Of a DNA stretch of 64,000 nt, positions 48,784 through 57,410 are shown piece after piece. Made by a program: the position numbers and the translations under genes. The notes under the pieces were generated by a model. That model was not told the origin of the DNA, did no database searches, and worked only from the letters and a program-made list of their open reading frames with translations. The DNA comes from Bacteroidota bacterium (GTDB lineage: Bacteria; Bacteroidota; Ignavibacteria; UBA10030), in contig JBBEEC010000058.1 of NCBI GenBank assembly GCA_040880975.1, positions 4,299-68,298 on the forward strand. The letters are read 5' to 3'. Numbering within the stretch: the first letter of the stretch is position 1; each line of letters starts with the position of its first letter.

Positions 48784-49937
48784 TGTGATTCCGTGGACCA
48801 GCCGGCGATTTCGCGCGCGATGATCCGGCTCAGAGTCGAATCATGGACCACAGTCCAGTCAAGCGCTTGGGGTGTGACGGTCGCATCTCCCATGGCATGG
48901 AAGAAGAGAATGGCCTTAATGCCGGGATGGCGGCGCGGAAGTTGATGCAAGGCATCGTTGAACCATTGCCCCCGGTCTCCGCCGTAGGAAAGAGAACCGA
49001 ATTCTGCAATCATGACAGGTTTCCGTAATGCAGCGATATAAATGTATTTCTTGCCGAAGATCTCTTCGAAGCTCCACCACTTCGACCAATACGCCACATT
49101 GCCGTAATTCAAAACGCCCGTGGCAACCCAATCGACATACGAATCGCCGGGATAGTAGTCGTAATACGTGTAGGCGATATGAGGAGACCAGACCCAAAGG
49201 ATATTGTTGGCTCCCGCACGTTTAAAGCGTTCATGAACATGCCGCCAGGCTTCGAGAAAGTCAGCAACGGAAGGATTGTTGTGAGGTCCCCAGGGGTATC
49301 GATAGGGGTCGTTCATTTCGTGAGCGAATCGAAGGAAGATTGGATGCTTATAATCCGCCGCCTCAGCCGCCCATTCGTCAATATAGAAATCATAGTCTCC
49401 ACGGGCTATGGCCGCCAGCCCTCCGCGATCTCTGTCTGCCCGCAACGGAAGATGGAGATGATTGACGTTCTCAAAATCATTGAGCCAGGGTTCCCAGGTG
49501 ATCACCGGGACTGAGCCGAGATTCCAGATGGCGCTCAGAACGCGCGCCGGAAACTGTTGGTCGGGCCGGTCGCCCCAGGCGGAATATAGATGGATCAGGG
49601 GAAATGTCGTTTCGAGGGTTGATTCAAGCCCGGAGATGCCGTCCAGCGACTCCGGAAGACCGCCGTCATATGCGCCGAGGAGCACGCGGGGGGGATGGCG
49701 GAGCGAGTCGATATTCTTGCGGTGGGGTCCGAACCACTCAAGACGCGAAGCCCGGCCCGGGCCGCGAAAGTAATCTGTGACAGCGTTTTCCGCGTCCATG
49801 ACCAAGACGCTGATGTCTGTCAGAATTCTGGCAAGTGGTCCTTCGCTTTTTCTGCTGAGGCCCGTCAACACCAGGAAGAATAGCGTTACGCTGACAAGCG
49901 ACACGGCGACAATTGTTACTCGATGCGTACGTTTCAT
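48780..49937 (-). CDS. Glycoside hydrolase family 26, membrane-anchored
   Basis: ITWEPW, RFAHEMN (acid/base), WVWSP, YYPGDSYVDW and MIAEFG (nucleophile); N-terminal TM. Confidence 0.92.
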   Translation of the reverse strand: MKRTHRVTIVAVSLVSVTLFFLVLTGLSRKSEGPLARILTDISVLVMDAENAVTDYFRGPGRASRLEWFGPHRKNIDSLRHPPRVLLGAYDGGLPESLDGISGLESTLETTFPLIHLYSAWGDRPDQQFPARVLSAIWNLGSVPVITWEPWLNDFENVNHLHLPLRADRDRGGLAAIARGDYDFYIDEWAAEAADYKHPIFLRFAHEMNDPYRYPWGPHNNPSVADFLEAWRHVHERFKRAGANNILWVWSPHIAYTYYDYYPGDSYVDWVATGVLNYGNVAYWSKWWSFEEIFGKKYIYIAALRKPVMIAEFGSLSYGGDRGQWFNDALHQLPRRHPGIKAILFFHAMGDATVTPQALDWTVVHDSTLSRIIAREIAGWSTESQ

Positions 49938-49947
49938 AGGTCACCCG

Positions 49948-51534
49948 TTAATCCGGAACAACATCCCAGGATGATCCCCCGGGAAGGGATCGTGATTTCC
50001 AGGCAGCATAAATGACACCCAGGGAAAAAACCATTGACATGGTCGCAAATCCAACCATTCCCCAAACAGCTTCCGCACTGAGTGCAAGGGTTTCTTCTTG
50101 AACGATAAATATCCGCCTGTACGCAATAATTACCACGGTTGCAAGATACAGAAACAATCCGGCAATATGGGGCCAGGCAAGCCGAAGGAATTGTCCGCGC
50201 ATTGCCTCCTTGGAAGTCGGAATGTAGGGAATATTCGTACGGGTGATCGAAAGAATCGTTCCCATGGCATAGATGGGCCAACATCCGATCTTCAACATCA
50301 GACTTCGCCAGTGAAGTCCACGCTCAAGCTCTGGATGGCAGAGCCATTGCTGGACGACAAGGTAGAGGATCACACCCAGGAGGCCGACGGGGCCGACCAT
50401 GGTCAGGAATTCTCCAAAGGGCATAGCGGCAGGCTGAAAGTCCAGCCAAAGGTAACAATAGGGGATGAGAAGATAAATGAACGTTGTCACACCGCATAAA
50501 TAGTACGTTCCCACCAGGAAATACGACAATCGTTGCCGCCATCGCAACTTGGGCCAGAGGACAGGCAGCTCGGAAAAAAGGATCTCATACACCCCCCGCG
50601 ACCATTTCAGCTGCTGCTTGAAAAAGGATCCCAGATCTTCCGGGACGAGTCCCCGGCTGACAATGATTGGCACATAGACTGATTGCCATCCCGCGGCATG
50701 CAGCCGGATTGCCGTGACCATATCCTCGGCGAGACCGATGCCGTGACCGCCTATGGATTCGAGGGCCCTTCGGCGAAATGTACAATTGGCCCCGATTGCA
50801 AGACTGCTGTGATGGCCGAACATACCCATGAGAATCGGACCGTAAAATGCATAGGTCTGCTCGGCGGCCCCCTTTGCAGTAAAGGAACGCGATTGATTGT
50901 AGTAAGCCTGGCACACCTGCACGAATCCCGTTTTTTCATCCCCAAAATATCCCATGACGCGGTCCAGAAAGTCAGGAAACGGTACGTGATCCGGGTCGAG
51001 TACCAGAATGAAGTCCTCGTTCGTCATGGAAAGCGCTTTGTTGATTTTTCCGGCTTTGGCTCCCGGAATGCCGACAAGTTCGAGCCAGACCGCTCCGTGC
51101 CGCTTGGCAAGTTTGCGGAAACGTGGATCCTGTGTGTCGTCGAGAAGGTAGGTTGTATGAGGATACCGGATCCTTTTGCAGGCCGCCAGTGTTTTTTCAA
51201 ACATCGCAAGCGGTTCGCCCGGAGAACTAGTTGTGAAAATCGCTACACGCAATCCGAGATGCGCATTTCGAACCGGTGGTTTCCTCATGCCGAGGTAATT
51301 AAACCAGCCCACCAATATCCTGCCTATTCCATACCAGAATGCAAGAGAAAGCAAGACAAAGAATCCCGTATCCGCTATATGATCGGCTTTGAACCACCAG
51401 TCGGCAAGACGCACGACCGCCAAAAGGCCGGCTGAAACGAGGGCCACAAGAACCAATCGATGTGCGAACGAAACGTCAGGTGCTTCGCGGGTTGTCCAGA
51501 GATTGAATCGCGCATCTTCCGGTGCCGGGTTCAT
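49948..51534 (-). CDS. GT2 processive glycosyltransferase (cellulose-synthase-like), no PilZ
   Basis: LLDD, KAG, DPDH, AED and QQLKW motifs; N- and C-terminal TM helices. Confidence 0.92.
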   Translation of the reverse strand: MNPAPEDARFNLWTTREAPDVSFAHRLVLVALVSAGLLAVVRLADWWFKADHIADTGFFVLLSLAFWYGIGRILVGWFNYLGMRKPPVRNAHLGLRVAIFTTSSPGEPLAMFEKTLAACKRIRYPHTTYLLDDTQDPRFRKLAKRHGAVWLELVGIPGAKAGKINKALSMTNEDFILVLDPDHVPFPDFLDRVMGYFGDEKTGFVQVCQAYYNQSRSFTAKGAAEQTYAFYGPILMGMFGHHSSLAIGANCTFRRRALESIGGHGIGLAEDMVTAIRLHAAGWQSVYVPIIVSRGLVPEDLGSFFKQQLKWSRGVYEILFSELPVLWPKLRWRQRLSYFLVGTYYLCGVTTFIYLLIPYCYLWLDFQPAAMPFGEFLTMVGPVGLLGVILYLVVQQWLCHPELERGLHWRSLMLKIGCWPIYAMGTILSITRTNIPYIPTSKEAMRGQFLRLAWPHIAGLFLYLATVVIIAYRRIFIVQEETLALSAEAVWGMVGFATMSMVFSLGVIYAAWKSRSLPGGSSWDVVPD

Positions 51535-51535
51535 G

Positions 51536-53017
51536 TTAACGGAGGTGAACCGGAAATATGTAGCGCACAATGAGCCGGGCCATGCTTACTTGGTAGTAAG
51601 CTGTCGCAAACCGAGTACCTTCAATCTGAAGTTGCAGGGGAGTGTCAGCCGGGCTGAAGTCAAGTGCCATCCGCAATTGCCAGGGGTGAAACGATCGCTG
51701 AGCGGTTTCATTTGTGGAACGCGGCGGCCCCGGGATCATTGGTCCCCCCGACGTTGGTGACTGCGGAAGGTTCTCGGATGCGATGAGACCATAAGATCCG
51801 TTCATGTGAAAATTCAAGTGGTTGGAAGCGGGAATCTGAAAGGATAAGAGAAGATTATGGGATATGACGTTGAGGGGAGTATAGTAAGGAGCATAAGTCA
51901 CGCTCGCAAAATCAAATCGCGAATCACGCGTGTCCTGCAGACTGAATCCATACCCCGCACGTATTTTGATCGTTTTTTGCTGCCCTACCGGAAACAGAAA
52001 CCATGCCGAAAGATTTGTACCGGTGTTACCGTCGATATATCGCAGGGACTGGAATGCGGCTTGTCCGGTCCACGTTTCTGATTCGGGCCGATCAAGAAAG
52101 AAAGACCAGGATGTAACGGAAACCGGGACAGAGAAACTTGAAATCGTCTCGAAGTACGGCCGCCGCTCGAATTGCCCTTTGAGTGTGATGGATTCCGGCA
52201 ATCGCAAGGAGAGCGCTATTTGATATGTCAGTTCAATATCCCGGCGTGAGCTTATCTGTACCGCGCCCGCCGACGCTTCAATGCCAAGCCCGCTCGCCGG
52301 GAAAATATGCCGCAAGGAAACCGCGCCTTGGGGAAACACCCACGAAGTATCTTGAATGCTCGCGCGGGAAAGGCCTCCCTGAATCGTCAAAGGAGAAAGG
52401 GGAGTGATGTACACTGTATAGAGCGCGATACCGCCAACGCGTCGAATGGGCTGATTGTCGGACTGAAATTCAGGTGAAAAGGTTACTTGTGACGCTGTTG
52501 CGGCGAGGATCTCGTTCAGCTGCCGTCGCGCATCGGAATGATCCGGCTGAACATCGAGGGCACGTTCGAAGTAGTTTTTCGCCCCGGTCCAATCACCCTT
52601 CCAATATCTGGCTGTCCCCAAAAGGGAAAGGGCTTCGGCGTTGGTCGCTGATGCAAGGGGCCTGAGAACTTCATCCGTTCTGTCGAATTGGTTGGTTTCG
52701 AGGAAGAATCGTGCGGTTTCGATTCTCAGCGGGACGTTGTCGGGGAAAAACGAAAGTGCTTCCTCGTATCTTTGCCGCGCTGAGTCAATGCTCCCCGACC
52801 AATAGAAGGCCCGTGCGAGCATCCGAAGGACCTCAAAGCTCCGCGGGTTGTCCGCCAGATAGCCTTCCAGGAGTCTGATTGCCGGTCCATATCGCCCGCT
52901 CGTTATATGCTGTTCTGCGTTCGCGAGAATATCTGTTGCCTGCTCCTGCGCGATCAAGACAGGGCTCGTGAAGGTCGTCAAGAAGAAGGTAAGCTGAATG
53001 ACTGACTGACATCTCAT
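51536..53017 (-). CDS. Exported TPR protein with probable C-terminal beta-barrel
   Basis: Signal peptide, about 4-5 TPRs, then amphipathic strands with a YAPYYTP motif. Confidence 0.75.
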   Translation of the reverse strand: MRCQSVIQLTFFLTTFTSPVLIAQEQATDILANAEQHITSGRYGPAIRLLEGYLADNPRSFEVLRMLARAFYWSGSIDSARQRYEEALSFFPDNVPLRIETARFFLETNQFDRTDEVLRPLASATNAEALSLLGTARYWKGDWTGAKNYFERALDVQPDHSDARRQLNEILAATASQVTFSPEFQSDNQPIRRVGGIALYTVYITPLSPLTIQGGLSRASIQDTSWVFPQGAVSLRHIFPASGLGIEASAGAVQISSRRDIELTYQIALSLRLPESITLKGQFERRPYFETISSFSVPVSVTSWSFFLDRPESETWTGQAAFQSLRYIDGNTGTNLSAWFLFPVGQQKTIKIRAGYGFSLQDTRDSRFDFASVTYAPYYTPLNVISHNLLLSFQIPASNHLNFHMNGSYGLIASENLPQSPTSGGPMIPGPPRSTNETAQRSFHPWQLRMALDFSPADTPLQLQIEGTRFATAYYQVSMARLIVRYIFPVHLR

Positions 53018-53146
53018 AGTATAATAATTCACAAACTCTTTACCACATGCAAGGCAGAATGTCATAGCCCCCATCTGGCAGGTTCAAAACACACTATGAC
53101 TTGAAGTGATGAAACACGAATTACGTTGGGATCGACCCCCATTCCT

Positions 53147-54496
53147 TTACGGTTTGGCGCAACGGATCATGGCTTCAAGACTTCGTTCAACGTCGTCGTC
53201 TGTTGTTGCCCAGGAAGAGACGCTGATGCGCATTGCGGTATATCCCTGCCACACGGTTTCGCCGGCCCAACACGTACCGTCCCTTTGGATCGCGGCTATG
53301 ACTTCCTGTGTTCGAGCAGGGTCCCCAAATGAGACCAGAACCTGATTGAGGACCACGTCATTCAAAATAGTAAACCCGGCCTGGCGAAGGCCGTCGGCAA
53401 ACCTCCGGGCATGCCGGCATGTACGTTCGATGAGATCAGCGACGCCGCTCCTGCCCAGGAATTTCAAAGCAGCCCACACCTCGGCGCCCCGGGCGCGGCG
53501 CGAGAGTTCCGGAACATAGTCCGAAGGATTCCTCTGCTCGGTTTCCGTCGGCAGATATTCTGCCGTCACCGCCATGGCGGCGCGGAGATTCTCGGGCTCG
53601 CGGACAAATGCAAGGCCGCTGTCGTAGGGTACATTCAACCATTTGTGAGCGTCGGTGGCCCAGGAATCGGCATCGGCAATTCCCGATGCGAGGAACATCC
53701 GGGTGGGTGCCGCGGCGGCCCAGAGTCCGAATGCTCCATCGACATGCACCCACGCCCCGGCATCATGGGCGCGTTTGCAAACCTCTGCGATCGGATCAAA
53801 CGACCCGGTGTTCACATTGCCGGCCTGTGCGCAGACAATCGTAGGGCCCTTGATCACCGGCAGCCGGTCTGCCAGCATTCTGCCTTGATTGTCGACGGGC
53901 ACCAGTGTTACACGGTTACGCCCGAGTCCCAGGAGGCCGAGCGACTTGATGACGGCAGGGTGCGCCTCCGCACTGACGATGACATTCAACGGCGGGGCTC
54001 CAAGCAACCCCTGTCCCTCGATATCCCAGCCGGCCCTGACATACATGGCGTGACGCGCGGCAGCAAGAGCGCACAAGTTGGCGACCGTTGCGCCTGTGAC
54101 GAAAGCGCCGCCCGTTCCGGCAGGCAATCCGAAAAGTTCCACAAGCCAACGCAGGGCGACCTGTTCCAGATGCGAGGTGGAAGGTGTGACGCGGTAGAGA
54201 GCGCTGTTCTGATCCCACGCGCCCGCAAGCCAGTTGGCAGCCAGCGCCACGGGATACGAACCTCCGATGACAAATCCAAAAAACCGACTTCCTGCCATCG
54301 CCATTGTTGCCGGAGAGCAAACCTCGTCCAGTGTTCGAAGAACATCCCCTGCATCCTCCGGATCTTCCGGCATGGGCCCGTCCAGCACACGCAGATTGTC
54401 TACCGCCTTTGTATCAGGCGCAACCGGGCGGCCCTCAAGGCCCCGAAGGTATTCAATGGATCGTCGGGCAGCCGACTGAAGTATGTCTTCCATCAT
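53147..54496 (-). CDS. PLP-dependent group II decarboxylase
   Basis: FFGFVIGG, GATVAN, HVDGAFG, DAHKWLNVPYD and ELSRR. Confidence 0.92.
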   Translation of the reverse strand: MMEDILQSAARRSIEYLRGLEGRPVAPDTKAVDNLRVLDGPMPEDPEDAGDVLRTLDEVCSPATMAMAGSRFFGFVIGGSYPVALAANWLAGAWDQNSALYRVTPSTSHLEQVALRWLVELFGLPAGTGGAFVTGATVANLCALAAARHAMYVRAGWDIEGQGLLGAPPLNVIVSAEAHPAVIKSLGLLGLGRNRVTLVPVDNQGRMLADRLPVIKGPTIVCAQAGNVNTGSFDPIAEVCKRAHDAGAWVHVDGAFGLWAAAAPTRMFLASGIADADSWATDAHKWLNVPYDSGLAFVREPENLRAAMAVTAEYLPTETEQRNPSDYVPELSRRARGAEVWAALKFLGRSGVADLIERTCRHARRFADGLRQAGFTILNDVVLNQVLVSFGDPARTQEVIAAIQRDGTCWAGETVWQGYTAMRISVSSWATTDDDVERSLEAMIRCAKP

Positions 54497-54547
54497 TTCA
54501 CAATCCACCTTTCAGTATTTTCTCAACACTTGGATTCAAACACCTTT

Positions 54548-56042
54548 TCAATCAACCTTCACCGGTTTCAGCAAAAGATCATGAAAATCAAAACTGAAAT
54601 CCGTCGCAGGGGAGACTGCTTTCATCTTCATGTGTTCTATCGAGCCGTCCGGATTGAGTGAAAACGTCACGAACGCATCGGCGCGAAGTTCGCGATCCCT
54701 CCATTTGGCCACAAAGGTATCATACTGCCAGTGTTCCAGATCTCCGACCAGGGCAGGGGTCCTTGTGAATCGGATCACCATCTTCCGGCGAGAGTGATGG
54801 CTTGGAATTGGCGTCGCGGGAAACCGTGATCGACCCTTCGCGGACCTTCATCAAGGAATCTCCCCTTGCCACCAACGTGCTGAAGGCACCGAGCCAGTCG
54901 TGTGTGGCCTTTAAATAGCGGTCAAGAACATAGAGTGAGATCGAGTTAAAGGCTGCTCCGGACTCCTGATTCGTGAGAATGCAAACGCCGACCTTCAGTT
55001 CCGGGATCATCATGACCTGGGAAACGAATCCCGGCAACCCTCCGGTGTGCGAAACCAATTTGTAGCCGCGGTAATCGCGGATTCCAAAGCCGAGTGCATA
55101 GCCGTTGAAATTGGCCCGAAGGGGAGCAAGTTCGGGTGCCGGTGTACCGATACCGATCGGTGCCACGATCTGCCAGAGCTCCCTCGTCGTGCGCGGCGAG
55201 AACAGCCGTTTTTCTGCAGATATTCTGCCTGAGTCCATTTGCACGATCATCCATTTCGCCATGTCATCGGCGTTCGAGTTGATGCCGCCGGCCGGATTGG
55301 TGTTGTCGCTGGCAAAAGGATTCACAACCCTCACCTTCCCGTCAATCTCCGCATGCGTGGTTGCGATGTTTCCCCCATTCACGGCATCGGAATGACGTAC
55401 ATTGCTTGTGGTCATACCAACAACGTCCAGAATACGCTTCTGGACAAAATCCTCCCACGTCATTCCTGAGATGGTCTCGATCACCTCGCCTGCGACAGTG
55501 TATAAGACATTGTCGTAAGCGTACGCACTCCGGAAACTGGTTGCGAGCGGAATATACCTGAGGCGCCGGGCGATCTCCTTGCGGTCATACGTCGATGGCG
55601 GCCACCAGAGCAGATCACCCGCCCCGAGGCCGAGTCCGCTCCGGTGCACCAGGAGATCACGGATCGTGAGTTCTCGTGTGACAAAAGGGTCTGAAAGTTG
55701 GAACCACGGGAGGTAGTCGATGACCCGGCCGTCCCATTTGATCTTTCCTTCCTCGACGAGCAAAGCCAGAGCTGTCGCGGTGAACGCTTTGGTGTTTGAC
55801 GCAATGCCGAACAGTGTTTTTGAATCAACCTTTGCCGGTTTTCCCAGTTCGCGTACGCCGTATCCCTTCGCGAGCACCACCTTTCCATCCTTTACCACGG
55901 CAACACACACGCCCGGCACTTGAAATCTCTTTATGACTCTTTCAACATACGAATCAAACTCAGATGCTGACCACGGAGCGCGTTGGGCAAGGGCGAACAT
56001 CGGAAGCACCGTAAGAATCGAAAACAATATTAGGCGACGCAT
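54548..56042 (-). pseudogene. Serine hydrolase (beta-lactamase class C-like) with a disrupted DUF3471 C-terminal domain
   Basis: IASNTK, YDN and HTGG motifs. The C-terminal domain continues in another frame (54548-54781) after about 54790. Confidence 0.8.
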
Positions 56043-56130
56043 GAGGATATCCTTTCGGGTGAAGACTTGATCAGTACCGTGTTGGTGTAATGATACGTTG
56101 ATGTGAAAGGTGGGGAAAAACAGCGAATGT

Positions 56131-56177
56131 GAAAAGTGAGATGTCAGAAACATCTGTTTTCTTACACCTCACTTTTC
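56131..56177. repeat. Imperfect 20-bp inverted repeat (hairpin)
   Basis: GAAAAGTGAGATGTCAGAAA / TTTCTTACACCTCACTTTTC. Confidence 0.6.
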
Positions 56178-56248
56178 ATTGCACTCACAGCTGGCCGGAT
56201 AAACTTGCAGGTTTTGAATCATTCCGCAAAGAATCGATCCAGGCTCAA

Positions 56249-56656
56249 CTATTGTTTCATCTCCTGTTTGGCGTCTTCCACGGTAAAGGTCAGCTCTTTC
56301 AGGACGGTTCCCTGTGCATCGGTGACGGTCACAGTCCATGGTCCTGCGACATAGCAGGTCTTATACGACCAAGTTCGCCAGGGGCTTCCGCCGATATTGA
56401 GCTTGGATTCGTGGGTGTTCTCTCCGGTCTTCCAGGTCACGGAAATGGAATCGGCCGGCCCGCCGGTCACCCTCATCCAAAGATATGCGCGGTCATTCAA
56501 GGCAAACGTCGCGGTTTCCTCGGCCAATTCACGATTTTCAACGCTTTTCCCGAGCTTGGCTTCGGTCACTTCAAGTCCCTTGTCCATCGCCTGTTCCTGC
56601 GCGGCGCATGGAACTGCAGCGAATACGAAGGCGAAAAGAATGATGAGGTGTTTCAT
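56249..56656 (-). CDS. DUF2914-like exported protein
   Basis: Signal peptide; WRTWSYK..GPWTVTVTD motif. Confidence 0.8.
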   Translation of the reverse strand: MKHLIILFAFVFAAVPCAAQEQAMDKGLEVTEAKLGKSVENRELAEETATFALNDRAYLWMRVTGGPADSISVTWKTGENTHESKLNIGGSPWRTWSYKTCYVAGPWTVTVTDAQGTVLKELTFTVEDAKQEMKQ

Positions 56657-56734
56657 ACAGCCCCCTTTCGGTTAAGATTGATGGTTGGACAGCAGAGTAA
56701 TCTACGAAATGGCTAGTGAAAAGCAAGATAGCGA

Positions 56735-56808
56735 AGGGTGAAGGGTGAGGTAAGGAGGGTGGGAGAGTGAGAGGGTGGGGGGGGAGAGAGATCAGAGATC
56801 AGAGGTCA
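56735..56808. repeat. G-rich GAGGGT(G) tract followed by a (GAGATCA)n heptamer tract
   Basis: agggtga agggtga...gagggtgggagagtgagagggtg; gagatca gagatca gaggtca. Confidence 0.75.
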
Positions 56809-56820
56809 AGAACAACCGTG

Positions 56821-56843
56821 GTAGCCGCAAGCTTTAGCTTGCG
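56821..56843 (+). repeat. GTAG-type REP-like palindrome
   Basis: GTAGC CGCAAGCT TT AGCTTGCG. Confidence 0.6.
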
Positions 56844-56917
56844 ACAGGGACGGGCTATCGGATTTGCGGACAAGATTAATTTTCCGTAATCCGGACCCTC
56901 ACAGTCCGAAATCACCC

Positions 56918-56992
56918 CGCCCGAACGACCGTACGTGGTTCGATTACGTTCGGTCGGGCGACCGTTCAACTATTACGTTCGGTCGGTCGGGC
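56918..56992. repeat. Composite palindromic element with internal duplication
   Basis: CGCCCGAACGACCG...CGTTCGGTCGGGCG; ATTACGTTCGGTCGG occurs twice; flanked by AATCCGC-type heptamers. Confidence 0.6.
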
Positions 56993-57011
56993 AATCGGCA
57001 ATCCGCATTCC

Positions 57012-57236
57012 TTAGGCCGCCTTCTTCCTCCGGATTGTCGGGCGCAGGGAGCGGAATAATTCCTTGCTCGTTTGTGCGATGCGCTCCACGGCCTCGTCGA
57101 AGGCATCCTGATTGACACGCGAGGGCTTTTGATATCCGCTGATCTTTCGCACGAATTGCAGAGCCGCGTCCTCGAGTTCGTGGTTGGTCGGGATTCGTTT
57201 TCCCGGCTGACGAAGTCTTCTGATGTTACGACACAT
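57012..57236 (-). CDS. DUF2277 family protein
   Basis: MCRNI and AALQFVRKISG..KPS..NQDAF motifs; AGGAG RBS. Confidence 0.88.
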   Translation of the reverse strand: MCRNIRRLRQPGKRIPTNHELEDAALQFVRKISGYQKPSRVNQDAFDEAVERIAQTSKELFRSLRPTIRRKKAA

Positions 57237-57268
57237 GGATCAAGCTCCTTTCTTATCTCACATCCACT

Positions 57269-57410
57269 TCTGATCTCTGATCTCCCCGAAAACAGAATTC
57301 GGGGCAAGCTGACCTCCGACCTCCCCCGAAAACAGAATTCGGGGCAAGCTGATCTCCGACCTCCCCGAAAACAGAATTCGGGGCAAGCTGACTTCCGACC
57401 TCTGACCTCT
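57269..57410. repeat. Heptamer array carrying three copies of a 25-26 nt palindromic unit
   Basis: CCCCGAAAACAGAATTCGGGGCAAGC at 57284, 57324 and 57363, separated by TGAYC/TCCGACC heptamers. Confidence 0.92.

Noticed and set aside
57284-57388. CRISPR array (three palindromic 26-nt repeats)
   Set aside because: The spacers are only 13-14 nt and are near-identical heptamers; there are no cas genes or leader.
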